Source: Octopus sinensis (taxonomy: Eukaryota). Taken from it: a stretch of DNA of 64,000 bases. The notes beneath the pieces are model-generated. The model did no database searches. It had not been told where the DNA came from and saw only the letters and a program-made list of their open reading frames with translations. Shown here in pieces: positions 13,591 to 26,642 of the stretch (within the stretch, counting starts at the first letter, position 1; every line of letters begins with the position of its first letter). The DNA lies in contig NC_043007.1 of assembly GCF_006345805.1 (NCBI RefSeq), positions 36,332,001 to 36,396,000 of the forward strand, given 5' to 3'. The translations under genes and the position numbers were made by a program.

Positions 13591-13856
13591 CTTTGTATGT
13601 AAGACCAGGAAAATACCTATTTCTTTACTACCCACAAGGGACTAAACAGAGAGAGAACAAACAAGGACAAACAAACGGATTAAGTCGATTATATCGACCC
13701 CAGTGCGTAACTGGTACTTAATTTATCGACCCCGAAAGGATGAAAGTCAAAGTCGACCTCGGCGGAATTTGAACTGAGAACGTAATGGCAGACGAAATAC
13801 AGCAACGCATTTCGCCCGGCGTGCTAATGTTTCTGCCAGCTCACCGACCAGGAAAA

Positions 13857-14356
13857 TACCGTAAATCCTTGAGTATAATCCACATTTTTTTCTCAAAATT
13901 TATAGGTCAAAATCCCAAGTGCGTACTATATACGAGGTTAAAAACGAAAATTATTTTCTAAGCAATGTTTGAGTCTCTATTTGTTCGGCAATGTTTATTC
14001 AGACGCATTTTGTGATGTTGGGCGCGAAAATACCTTAAGCTAAGCCTGAAAGCAATGAAGTCATAAAAGAATCATCCATAACTTGCAGTAAGCAACATTT
14101 ATTAAACGTTATTACTGTTATTTCTTTATTTTCTGCAAACAAAATGCACAAAAAAGCTACACGTTTGCATTATGTTATATGTACAATTATAATAAAGGAC
14201 GTTAATGTATACATTTTTACAAACCAAGGACGTTATATAGACCTCCTTGACTCAAGTGTATTATAACGCAAGGTATAGGATTTTCAGAGGTACAGCTCCC
14301 TAAAAATCCCCTGCGTATTATACTCAAGGGCAGACTATGCAAGAGGATTTACGGTA
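13857..14356. mobile_element. Tc1/mariner-superfamily (pogo/Tigger-like) MITE, copy 1
   Basis: About 25-bp TIR ccgtaaatcct(c/t)gagtata.tcc with TA flanks. It is highly similar to 24004-24512. Confidence 0.85.
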
Positions 14357-14386
14357 TATAAGGCAAGAAAAATTATAAACATTTAC

Positions 14387-14487
14387 TTTGTCTCTGTCTG
14401 TGGCTGTGGCAACTGTGTCCAAAGTCATGACCATTCCTTTGATAGATGTCACTGTAACCTCACTGGTGACAGGTTCATCAACAAACA
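14387..14487 (-). CDS. HTD2: HTD2-like dehydratase exon 3
   Basis: Acceptor tttccag| and donor |gtaaat, with phases 1/0 that fit the neighbouring exons. It encodes (L)FVDEPVTSEVTVTSIKGMVMTLDTVATATDRDK. Confidence 0.85.
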
Positions 14488-14768
14488 CTGGAAATACAGA
14501 AGTAGACAAAGGTAAGCTCAGGTAATTTCCATGGATATTATTATATATTATGTTTTGCAATTACAGAAAACATCAAACAATTTATTTTGAAACAAAACAA
14601 AAATCAACGTAATAACAATAACAACAAAAACAATAGTAATTCTTCCTATTTTTAACACAAGGCCAGTAACTTTTGAGTAGAAGAGAAAAATGATTACATT
14701 GACCACAATATTCAACTGGTACTTATTTTATCAGCCCTGAAAGGATGAAAGGCAAAGCTGACCTTAGC

Positions 14769-14816
<48 letters not shown>

Positions 14817-14974
14817 TTGGCACAAGGCCAGCAATTTTGGGCAGGTGGTATGTTGATTACATTGACCTCAAAAGGATGAAAGGCAAAGTCGACCTCAGCA
14901 GCATTTGAACTCAGAATATAAAGATGGACAAAATGCCGCTAAGCATTTTGCCCAGCATGGCTGGAACAAGGCCA

Positions 14975-15385
14975 CAGATTTCTTTCAGAATTACAATAAT
15001 AGATCCATTTTTCATCCCCAGTTACAATTCAATGCCAAAAGCAAGAATCTCAAAGATTTGCCAGCAGCTGTTTTTCAAATGTCCACATGTCGTTCAGTCT
15101 AGCCAGTAGTCAGTTTATGAGGAGCTTCTTCACAGCATCAGTCCACAAGGCTGAACTTATGAGGTGTCAATTAACGGTGTTTTGTGAAGGACCAGGTTCT
15201 GCTGACAAAGTACAAGTACAAGTACTTGGTTGCTGTTCAATCACATCAAGCAAGGTCTCATCTTCTACGATAGAAAATCTTCCGGGACCAATTATATGCC
15301 ACGTGTTCATTGACAGTTCCAGGACCTTTTTTACATCATTAATTTCTTTTGCCACTGTCTTTACACTTTCTTCTTTTTTTCTACA
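14975..15385 (-). mobile_element. Mariner transposase N-terminal/first-D fragment
   Basis: Translates as AKEINDV...DETLLDVIEQQP and IVTGDEKWIYYCN. Confidence 0.8.
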
Positions 15386-16467
15386 GGAAGTGTAAAATGG
15401 CTCTAATTACAATGTTTTCACCACTTATCAAAGCTGTAAACTAAAAGATAAGTAATTAATGCTGGTATGTTTACATCCCCGTAACTTAGTGGTTCGGCAA
15501 AAGTGACCGATAAAATAAGTACTAGGCTTACAAAGAATAAGTCCTGGTGTTAATTTGCTCCACCTTTAGTCAGACAAATTGACTCTAGGACTTATTGTTT
15601 GTAAGCCTAGTACTTATTTTATCAGTTTCGTATGCCGAACCGTTAAGTTATGGGGACGAAAAAAGACACACAAACACAGGGGGAAAGTAAGAAGAAAAAT
15701 AAGCGAAAATGCACATTGGAAATCAAAAAAAGTAAAGGCTTTTTATGAAAAGTAACGACAGATATATACAATTAGATGAACTGAGGTAGGAATAAAAGTA
15801 ATAAAAGTCATTATTGTGAATTGTTAAAGAGATTCAAAAGCATACCGGTTTCGTAAATTTACTAATCATTGCTTTGAATGCACACCGATTTATTACTTTT
15901 ATTCCTACCTCAGTTCATCTAATTGTATATATCTATCATTACTTTTCATAAAAAGCCTTTACTTTTTTTGATTTCCAATGTGCATTTTTTCTTAATTTTC
16001 TTCTTGCTTTCCCCTTACATTTCCACATCTAGTTTCTATTTTCTTTTTGTAACATATTTCTATTATATATATATATATATACAGGCGCGGGCATGGCTGT
16101 GTGGTTAGGGAGCTTGCTTCCTAGCTACATGGTTTCAGGTTCAGTCCCACTGCGTGGCACTTTGGGTAGGTGTCTTCCGCTATAGCCCCGAGCTGACCGA
16201 AGCTTTGTGATTGAATTCGGCAGGCGGAAGTTACTGCCGTGTGTGTATATGTGCGTGTAGGTGCTTGTGCCTCTCCGAAAGAGAGAGAGGGAGGCTTCTT
16301 TCAGTTCCTGTCTACCAAATCCACTCACAAGGCTTTAGTCGGTCCAAGATTATAGTAGAAGACATTTGCCCAAGGTGCCACACAGAGGGAGTGAACCTGG
16401 AACTGTGTGGTTGGAAAGCAAGATTCTTACCACACAGTTTGTTTCTATGTAAAATAATAAAAACAAC

Positions 16468-16701
16468 TTAAAATTAAACTAAAAGTTTGCTTAATAATTT
16501 TTGTAGAATACACATTTATTATACTTTTACAACAATAGAGTTGACAGTGACTTCGAAGTTTCAACTTGCTAGCCTTCCCCAGATTGTCTGGTGAAGGCTA
16601 ACAGGACTAAACTTCAAAGTCACTGTCAACTCTATTCTTGTAAAAGTTTAATAAATGTGTATTCTACAAAAAATATTAAGCAATCCTTTAGTTTAATGTT
16701 A
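16468..16701. repeat. Foldback made of two head-to-head degenerate hammerhead-bearing PLE-type repeats
   Basis: About 115-bp inverted arms around attgt (16583-16587). Each arm reads CTG(GG/GT)GA-aggcta.ca....-(G/T)AAA-cttc(g/a)aag-TC-actgt outward. Confidence 0.65.
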
Positions 16702-16832
16702 AGTTCAATGTTAAGAATAAAAAACACACACACACATATACATACATATATATAGACTCACACACACACACACACATACATACATACATACATACATACA
16801 TACATACATACATACATACATACATACATACA

Positions 16833-16864
<32 letters not shown>

Positions 16865-16957
16865 GACACACACACACATGTATGTATTTATATGTTCTTC
16901 ATAAATGAAAAAAGAAATCAACAGCAAAAAAAAAAATTACAAGAAGAGATAACTCAC

Positions 16958-17040
16958 AAGCATTGGGAAATTCTATAGAACTCGACAAATAAACAGCCCC
17001 AGGTCCTGGTATATGTGTAGCAATTACAGCAGAAATCAGT
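16958..17040 (-). CDS. HTD2: HTD2-like dehydratase exon 2
   Basis: Acceptor ttttcag| and donor |gtgagt. It encodes LISAVIATHIPGPGAVYLSSSIEFPNA, matching HTD2 [27 protein letters not shown]. Confidence 0.92.
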
Positions 17041-19119
17041 CTGAAAATTAGCAATGGCATTTATATTACAATATATTATTTCCCCTGTAACTATTGTTTA
17101 CAAACATCATCATCATCGTTTAACGTCTGTTTTCCATGCTAGCATGGGTTGGATGGTTTGACCAGGGTCTGGGAAGCCAGGAGGCTGCACCAGGATCCAG
17201 TCTGATCTGGCAGTTTTTCTACAGCTGGATGCCCTTCCTAATGCCAACCACTCTGTGAGTGTAGTGGATGCTTTTTATGTGCCACTGGCACAAGGGCCAG
17301 GGGAGGCTGGCAACAGGCATGATCGGTTGGTGCTTTTTAAGTGCCACTGGCACGGAAGCCAGTCAAGGCGGCACTGGCATCAGCCACATTCGGATGATGC
17401 ATTTTACATGCCACTGGCATGAGTATCACAACTACAGTCTCCATTTGATTTTGATTTTGATGTTGATGTACTTGACTCAATAGGTCTCCTCAAGCACAGC
17501 AGGTTGCCCTACGATCCAAGGCCATCCAAAGATAGTATTTAATTTATTTACTTTATAAACTTGATAGCCTTGTGTACCAAATGTAAAACAACAAATATAG
17601 TAAGTAACAGCAATGGTTTATGAGTAGGACAATCATAGTAACAAGTAACAGTCTTAATCAATGTCTTATCTGTAGCAAGTAACAACCTTAGTCTTAATCA
17701 ATAGCTTAGTAAAAGTCATAGTCTTAAGAGACTGTGACCAAGGAAAAGTTAACTTGCCATCAGTTCATCATGTATCAATGCAGACAGTGATTATCCCTGG
17801 TTTCTAAAGCAGTATATGGATGAGAGACTAATCTTCCCATGGATAGGTTGCTAGCCTATTTGAGGTTAGTTTTTATTCACTATAGAGTCCTTCTCGATCC
17901 ACACCCGGCTCATAAGGGCTGGTTTCTTGGTTTCCTTGGCATATAGGTTCCCCACCTGGATGGGACACCGGTCCATCGCAGGTGAGCTGCAAGATGCAGG
18001 AGGAAAGAGTGAGAGAAAGTTGTGGCGAAAGAGTCAGTAGAAGTTCGCCATTACCTTCTGCCAGAGACATGTGAAGCTTAGGTGTTTTCGCTCATAAACA
18101 CACACATCGCCCCGTCTGAGATTCAAACCCGTAATCCCTTGACCGCTGCTCTAACCACTGAATTGGGGTTAAAAGTAATCATACTACAGTACTGCTTAAA
18201 AAAAAATAGATGAGATGGTCATAGCAGGAATGCCTCTCTATCTGAGCTGATTTGAAAGCTGAAAATCAACAACACTATGATACTCACAATTTGATGGGCT
18301 GAAATATTGAGATTTACATGTTTTGACCAGAGAAAGGTACAATTCAAAATAAGAAATAGAATGGTCACAACTAGAATGCCTTTTTGATTATAGGTATACT
18401 TGATTAGAATAGACTAGGGGATAAACAACAACCTCACAGGTATGAACCTATGCACAATTAGATGAACTCAGCCACTGAGAGTTACAGGTTTTGCCTATGG
18501 ACAGGTGAAAAAAAAATTAAGTGCCACAAGCAAGATGTGAACAGCTGACTTCTGTAGCTAGTTTTTTAGAACCCAATCCACTAAGCCATCAGTGCTGATA
18601 CATGTTAACCAAGTACTTTATAAGAAATCAACAGACAAGTTCAATGAGTTTAATTTTCGTGTCTAGAGTTTCAGGGACTTGTCCATCATCCAGTCAGTGG
18701 ATTGAGGTCATGCTCATTTCATCGTTTCTGTAAGATACTAAGTAAGCAGAGACTAATGTAAGAGGGAAATAACTCAGCCAGACAAGAATGTTGCAAGCTG
18801 TCAATCTCATCTACACTGACTGACACACAGGAAAACACACACACACACACACACACGTATGCATGCACACACATGCAATTGGCTTCCACACAGTGTCCAT
18901 CTACCAAATATTTTCTTACAAGATATTGGACAACCCAACTCTATTAGCATTTTTGTTTGAAGCAGCTTAAATAATCTAATCATAATCTAATATGGCATCA
19001 ATGCAATAAGAAAAATCATGTTGTTAAGAAGCTTGCCTTGCAACCACATGATTTTGGGTTCAATTCCACAATACAACACCATGAGCAAGTGTCTTCTACT
19101 ATTCCCTTGAGGCTTATTG

Positions 19120-19682
19120 TATTGGGTTGTCAGAAAAGTTTGTGCTGATTTATAGTAGCTTACCTTTCGACTTATTTTAGAACATGGTTGAGTCCATAAA
19201 ATAGGATTTGACTACACCTCCATTTAGATCACAGTTTAAGCTATCTTTTCGTGGAAGAAGATTTATGTTCCTATAACCTGTGTTAATTCTGTAACCCTTT
19301 AAAATGGAAGATAACAAAGTTTATTTTCGGCACTTGATGCTTTGGGAACCAGACAAAAATTGCTGCAGCTTGGCTTGGATGTGTTACACCACCCTCCATA
19401 TTCACCAGATATTGCTCCTTCGGATTTCCACTTATTCAGGTCTCTGCAGAATAGTCTTAATGGTTCAATTCCTAGGATGACGTAAAAAGATACCTTCATG
19501 AATTCTTTGCCATGAAACCACCTCAATTCTGGGAAGAGAGTATTTTCAAGTTAAAGGATAGATGGAGATGCATTGTACAACAAAATGGTTCATATTTGTT
19601 TGATTAAAAATGTAATGGCAAGCATTTATTGACCTGTTTCTTTCCTTTAAAAATAAGTACGAACTTTCCAGACAACCCAATA
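19120..19682 (+). mobile_element. Internally deleted mariner with both TIRs
   Basis: TIRs tattgggttgtc.g.aaagtt at both ends, with internal HHPPYSPDIAPSDFHLFRSLQNSL. Confidence 0.88.
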
Positions 19683-20369
19683 TATATGTATGTGTGTGAG
19701 TGTGTATATGTATGTATGTGTTTGTATTTGTCCCTCCCCACTGCTTGACAATTGGTGTCAGTTTATTTACATCTCCATAACTTGTCAGTTCAGCAAAAAA
19801 ATCTGATACAATAAGTGCCAGACTTAGAAAATAAGCACTGAGACCAATTTGTTTCATTAAACCCTTCAAGGCAGAGCTCCAAGCAGCATCTAGCCCAATG
19901 ACTGAAACAAAGGAAAGATAGAAGATAAAAGATATAGATTTTAGTTTCAAACATTGGCACAGAACCATATATTTTAGAAGAGGGTAAAATAGATTAAATT
20001 AACCCCAGTAATTAATTGACAATTTTTTTTTATTGACCCCAGAAGGGTGAAGTAAATCTCAGAAGGTTTTAAATTCAGAACATAAATGGGCTACCACTAA
20101 ATACAAGACATTTTGTCCAAAGCAGTATTGATTCTAGCGATTCATCAGTATTAAAGGTGTGTCAATATAAGTTCAATTCTTGCCAAGGTCAACTTCATCT
20201 TTTATTCTTCAGAGATTGATAAAATAAGGTACCAGTAAAGTACTGGGCTGGTTTAACCAATCATCCCCTACTGTTACCCAAAATGTGTGATATTGTGCCA
20301 ATTTTGGAAACCACTGCACAGAATATACATAGAATTAAGTTTGTGAAACACTCAAATGAACGAATTATG

Positions 20370-21240
20370 GTGAAAACTTCTGCAATGGACATGAAGGCTA
20401 ATCTTTATAACTGCTTAAATCCTTCATTCTTCGCCAATAAGAGGTACTCACAATACTAGGACAACATACTATATCTTTAACAAAGACATCTGATGTTCTG
20501 CAGGGATTTGTTCTTGGTCTCCTGTTATTCATTGCATACATATTGAAATAGATGCCTCCATGAAGTGTATTACTGTGTTAAAGTACGCAGACAACACTAC
20601 GTCTGAAAAGAACAGAGCCTATATGATATAAATCTTTCCTGCAATCTGATCTGGACTCAATGCAGCAATGATTTGCTGACTGGCAACTCAGGTTGGCTGT
20701 AGACAAGTGCATCATATACATGTATCTACTCTCTCCACAACACCAACCTTAATGCTGGTGAACATGACCTAGGCATTATCATCACCAATGATTGATGTTG
20801 AATGAGCCACATTTTTAAAAATTGTATAAAAAAGGCCAAGGTGTTTTAGTATTGCTCAGTAAGATTTTTGCTAGCTGTTCACCTACTATCTATTTAAAGC
20901 TATATATGGCTATGGTATGTCCACACTCACAGTTTGCATCTCCAGTTTGAAATCTCGTCTTGTCAAGAATATCAGGCGGCAAGCTGGTAGAAACGTTAGT
21001 GAAATGCTTAGCGGTATTTCATCTGCCGCTATGTTCTGAATTCAAATTCCACCGAGGTCGACTTTACCTTTCATCCTTTTGGGGTCGATTAAATAAATAC
21101 CAGTTACACACTGGAGTCGATGTAATCGACTTAATCCATTTGTCTGTTTTTGTTTGTCCCCTCTATGTTTAGCCCTTTGTGGGCAGTAAAGAAATAAGAA
21201 TATCAGTCTGCTGGAAGCTGTCCAGAGATTTGAAACCAGA
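20370..21240 (+). mobile_element. Degenerate CR1/Jockey-like LINE RT fragment interrupted by a SINE
   Basis: Remnants of the VPQGSVLGPLLF, YADD and LQSDLD motifs. Same family as 53750-54520. The SINE insertion has a TSD. Confidence 0.75.
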
Positions 21241-23303
21241 CAAATAATTTTGGTCAGTCACCATATTTTGAATGTATTGCATTTCTGGGCATTGGCAAGC
21301 TCACGTGTCAACATTGAATAGCTGATTTGGTAGAAGCTCACAAGACTATTCACCATCTTTTCAACAACTTTAAATTCAATATTGTTACCACTTATATACA
21401 TGCTTATAAAATCAAAAAAACATCACATGACTTTCTGGAACATTTTTCACTTTCAGAATTGTCAAGGCATGGAATAAATCACCAAGTCAGTTGTTAGCTG
21501 TGTTGCAAGTAGCCATTTTAAAATAAGGTGCCAAATTGTTGATAACTGGGAATATGAGGTAATGTTGTATTGCCGAAGAAATATTATTGTCGTTTTTCCA
21601 TTGGTTAATATAAGAATACTAAAAGTTACTTCGATTCTTTTAAGTCAAGTTGAGCAGTTATAAAAACCCTGGATTTGGGGAAAAACTTCAGTGTTTGTTG
21701 GATGTAACTAAACTCCACGACACTCACTCCCTTGAGACATTGGTGATTTTTCATGCCATGTCCAAGGAAAATCCAACAGCTGCATCCTTCAAAAAATTCC
21801 ATGCTTCCTGAAATTTGTCAGCATTATTCCTGACATGCCTGTGCACGCTTTCCTTTTTATGGTTCTTTTAATGTTCATTTTCTATTTTTTGTGTTTTATT
21901 CTGTGTACTGTGCATGTACATCTAGCCTTCATTGTTGTTTTTCCTTTATTTGACTTATATGTCTGTCTTCTATCCCTTTTTTCTGTCTTTTAATCTCTTC
22001 TGATGAGTGGTAATGTACCTGAGAACTGTATATTATTATTATTACTTACTCAGATCATTTATGTTCATCGTATGAATTTAACAAGCCAAAATACAACTAT
22101 ACCAGTTATATTATTTCTAAGTAACAAACGTAGCTTAAACGAATTATACAAGGGAGCCTCTAAGTGGTTATTTGAACTACTAGAAATAGTAACTAAATTT
22201 CCTTCACTCAGTATCAAATTGAACTGTGCTAGGAAATGATGTTAAACCAGACAATTGAATTAAGTCTACCATCAATGGAATCAGAATGTAAAGAGCTGGA
22301 ACAAATATCACAAGGATCTTCTCTAATGCTCCCAAAATTCGGCTACTCCATCCCCCTGGACTGGTATGTTATTTTATCCACTCCCGACACGGTGAAAGGC
22401 AAATTTGACCTCGGCACGATTTGAACCCAGAGCACAGGAACTGGAACAAAAACTGCAGAATATTTTGTCCCATGCTCTAACGGCTCTGCCATTTCATTTT
22501 AGATGAGCCTCGGCTGACCAAAAAATTCCTGTTTTGTCTCTTTTCTTTCCTTATATATTTTTTAAATGGTAAAGTGTAAGTAGAGGGAAATTTGGCTGTT
22601 GTTTCTAGCACGTAGAGGTTTCCCGTTGGTGCCTAGAATGGTTGTGGCCGGAAAGTGGCTTTTGAATAACTTGAAGCACAAAACTTAAGCATAGGTTTTG
22701 AAACACAATATTTGTGCTTCAAGTGGGATGTTCCTTTATACTTCGAAGCCGTAACACCGCTAGTTGAACTTTTTTACACGCACACACACATGTACGTACC
22801 TCCTTTTCTACCCATCAGGCTTCAGTGACCCTGAAAAGGGGTCATAGGCGCTGCCCTTCCTTCCTTTGACTTATATATAAACAAACTTATTCTAATATTT
22901 ACATATAAATAAAGCAACGAGCTGACAGAATCGTCGCTGCGCCAAACAAAATGCTTAGCTGTCTTTCTTCCGACTTTACGTTCTGAGTTCAAATACCACC
23001 TGGGTCGACTTTACCTTTCACCCTTTCGGAGTCGATAAAATAGGTACCAGTTGAACACTGGAATCGATGTAATCGACTAACCCACTCCCCTGAAATTGTT
23101 AGCCTTATGTCAAAATTTAAAACTAATATTTACATATAAACGGTTTTGTTTACATTTTTTCATTCGAGTTTAGTTCGTCCCTCTGGCCATGCATAGAGGT
23201 GTTGTGACATTGGTAGATAATTTCTGAGAAGATATTATTTCTGTTCCCCGTTCACAGGCTAATATTTATTAGATCAATTAAATAAATCAATAAATAAATT
23301 AAT

Positions 23304-23506
23304 GGCGTAACTTCGGTATAGGTACCGGAAATACAGGATACATTTCAAGAAAGTGGGTTTTTTTTTTATATATATATATATGGGGGGGGGGTTATGATTA
23401 GGGTTTGGGCGATCTTAGGGTTAGAGTTAGGGGTGGGAGAAAAGGGTTTCTGTTATCTTCAGAAATGTAAATAAAGCCACTTCGGTACCTATACCGAAGG
23501 ATCGCC
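23304..23506. mobile_element. Small MITE in HTD2 intron 1
   Basis: Inverted termini cttcggtataggtaccg / cggtacctataccgaag, with an internal ttaggg-like tract. Confidence 0.6.
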
Positions 23507-23539
23507 TAATAAAAATACAGGCTTAACATAATAACTTAC

Positions 23540-23823
23540 CCGTTGATTAACACACCGTGAACGATGCATTGCTTAAAGCGAGTTTTCTTGGCGTATTCGG
23601 GGTCGAAGTGAATTGGATTAAAATCAAGTATTAAATCCGCGAGCGTTTTAAGGTGAGAATGGTCGAAGGTTCGCGACAAACTCGCGCTGTCACCAATTTT
23701 AAAATCACACTCTGTACGGCGTGAAGCATATCGCCGGGAGTACTGTGTATTAAGCACTGAAATCAAATTAGAATGGCTCGAACTGTTACAGTTGAAACGT
23801 GAAAGAAGTCTCCAAACGAGCAT
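23540..23823 (-). CDS. HTD2: HTD2-like mitochondrial hydroxyacyl-thioester dehydratase exon 1
   Basis: ATG at 23823 followed by an Arg/Ser-rich presequence-like N-terminus, then KIGDSA...DFNPIH...AKKTRF...IVHGVLING and donor |gtaag. The spliced CDS is 537 nt (178 aa plus stop) with no frame break. Confidence 0.93.
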
Positions 23824-24003
23824 CTTCGGAACGTTCTGCTGGTTCTCAGAAACTGATTAATATATATGTAGGGCGGAAATAGCTACTTGAAATGCTGTTT
23901 GATAAACAGATTATTTTTTGGGTCATCACCGACATATTGTGGATGTAAGGGGCATAACTCTAAATTAGATTTCTGTCTATTTTCTTAGTTTACTTTTGTA
24001 AAT

Positions 24004-24512
24004 TACCGTAAAAACTCGAGTATAGTCCACATTTTTTCCCCAAAATTTAAAGGTCAAAATCCCTTGTGCTTACGAGGTTAAAAATGAAAAATATTTTCTA
24101 AGCAATGTCCGAGTCTCTATTTGTTGTCAGGCAATGTTTATTCAGACGCATTTTGTGATGTCGGGGGCGAAAATACCTTAAGCTAAGCCTGAAAGCAATG
24201 AAGCCATAAAAGAATTATCCATAACTTGCAGTAAGCAACATTTATTAAACGTTATTACTGTTATTTCTTTATTTTCTGCAAACAAAATGCACAAAAAGGC
24301 TACACGTTTGCATTATGTTATATATACAATAATAATAAAGGACGTTACCGCATACATTTTTACAAACCAAGGACGTTATATAGACCTCCTTGACTCAAGT
24401 TAGAGAAGGAGTGCGTATTATACACAAGGTTTAGGTTTTTCAGAAGTACAGCTCCCTAAAAATCCCCTGCATATTATAATCAAGGGCGGACTATACTCGA
24501 GGATTTACGGTA
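24004..24512. mobile_element. pogo/Tigger-like MITE, copy 2, about 180 bp upstream of the HTD2 ATG
   Basis: Same TIRs and body as 13857-14356, with TA flanks. Confidence 0.85.
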
Positions 24513-24959
24513 TATTGTTCGTGTAAAGTATATATAATAAATGGAGTGAGCAAATCATTTTGCAAAATGATTTGCTCTGCTCACTCCATTTTAAAATATT
24601 TGTCATTGTAAATATTCTATGGATATTTGTGTATTTTCAGATATTTTCTGGCAGAACAAACAACCTTCAATTTTCAATTTTTTCTGATAGATACTATCCG
24701 TGGACGTGCTTAATACAGTTAACATCGGGTTAGATACCTCTATTAAGCACATCCCTGGATATCAGATATGTATGCATTTTTCTTTGGTTGAATCAGTCTC
24801 TTGCAATTTTGGAGTTTTGCCTGTGTTCACAGGGTCGCCTGATAACCCTATGAACACAGACAAAACTCCAGAGAAGCAAGAAACTGGCTCAACCAAAGTG
24901 AAAATACATGCATTGATGTTCGTCCGTCGTTGTCGACGATGACCAAGAGATCACATAGG

Positions 24960-25255
24960 AAAAGAAGATGGATCACGATGCATCCGGTTGTTGTCGATCA
25001 GGCCAATACATGTTCGGAATTTTCTGCCGCAGAGTCGGGCACTGGTGGTCTGCTGAGAATGAAGGCAAGGAGTTGACCCTGAACTTGCACGGCTCACGTT
25101 TTCTTTGTGTACCTGCGATCCTATTCTGTTCGTAGGAGGTGACACCTCTGTTAGCTCAGCTACTCCAGGCTGTGCTTTCATTTCCCAGGTATCGGGGTCG
25201 AACTGAAAGCACTTCAGTGAGGCTTTAAGTGAAACTTTGAAGCACTTGCCTTCTA
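24960..25255 (-). mobile_element. RTE-like LINE C-terminal fragment
   Basis: LKASLKCFQFDPDTWE...CGRKFRTCIGL..N.RMH matches an RTE C-terminal zinc-finger-like tail. Confidence 0.7.
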
Positions 25256-25460
25256 CATACATACATACATACATACATACATACATACATACATACATAC
25301 ACATGTGGCGTGGCTGTGTGGTAAGAAGCTTGATTCCCAACCACATGGTTACGGGTTCAGTCCCACTGCGTGGCATCTTGGACGAGTCTCTTCTACTATA
25401 GCCTCGGTTCGGCCAAAGCCTTATGAGTGGATTTGGTAGACGGAAACCGAAAGATGCCTG

Positions 25461-25498
<38 letters not shown>

Positions 25499-26562
25499 GC
25501 GCGTGTATGTATCTATATATGTGTGTCTTTGTGCCTGTATTCCCCACCCTCCACTACCGCTTGACAACTGGTGCTGTCCCCGTAAACTAGAGGTTCGGCA
25601 AAAGAGAACCGATAGAATAACCATCAGGTCTTTAAAAAATATGCAAGTCCTGGGGTTGATTCATTCGACTAAAAAGTCAAGGCGGTGCTCCAGCATGGTC
25701 GCAGTCTAATAACTGGGCAACTAAGAGAATACACACACACACACACACACACAATACTTTTACAAGAACTGTGGTGGCAGTGACTTCTCGTTAAAGTTCA
25801 ATAAATATGTACTCAAAAAGTATTGTGTAATCCTTCAGTTTAATGTTAAATTATTTGTATTATAATTTAACATGTGGAGGCGCGTGGCTTAGTGGTTAGG
25901 GTGTTAGCACCATGATCGTAAGATTTTGTTTTCGATTCCTGGACCGCTGTGTTCTTGAGCAAAACACTTCATTTCACGTTGCTCCAGTCCACTCAGCTGG
26001 CAAAAACGAGTAACGCTGCGATGGACTGGCGTCCCGTCCAGCTGGGGAACACATACGCCATAGAAACCGGGGAACCGGGCCCATGAGCCTGGCTAGGCTT
26101 TAAAAGGGCGCATTTATTATTTTTTAAATTATGATTTAACATAAAAACATACATACATACATACATGTATGTATGTGTGTGTGTGGGGGGGGCAGTCAGT
26201 TGTGTATGTATGTGCGTGAGGGAGAGAGAGACAGCCAGCCAGGCAGATAGACTGACAGATAGACAGACAGACAGACAGACAGATTGAGAGAGATTTATGA
26301 AATCTCCTCAGGCAGAAATACGTACGTACGTATGTATGTATGTATGTATGTATATTTGAGTAATTGAATGAATTATCTTATTAAGGATAATTCGAAAGCT
26401 AACCGATACCTGGGTAGCAAATTCACATCAGAAAGAACACGGTTGAAGCTACGTCTCTAGGGCATAGACTACGTGTCTTCGTGCGGAAATTTGTATGTTT
26501 ATTTTAAAATTATAAGTATATGAAAGAATGGAGTTGAACGGCTAGTTAACAAATATCCTTTA

Positions 26563-26642
26563 TTCTCGACATATGTTTCGAAGGCTGCATATTCCTAATT
26601 CCGAAGGAATGAGTACATTATGCAGATTTCTCATCAGGAAAA
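26563..26642 (-). ncRNA. Type I hammerhead ribozyme motif with extended stem II
   Basis: ttttc-CTGATGA-gaa..ctgcata...tatgcag..ttc-GAAA-catatg-TC-gagaa. Stem I is 5 bp (one G.U) and stem III is palindromic. Confidence 0.7.

Noticed and set aside
15167-15355. Exon-like ORF inside HTD2 intron 2
   Set aside because: It is explained as a mariner N-terminal fragment (adjacent to IVTGDEKWIYY). HTD2 splices in frame without it.
21995-22035. CTGATGA motif as a hammerhead
   Set aside because: There is no GAAA (gagaa instead), and no stem I or stem III partner.
22668-22725. 14-bp stem hairpin (acttgaagcacaaa/tttgtgcttcaagt) as a pre-miRNA
   Set aside because: The stem is too short and the loop of about 28 nt is too large.
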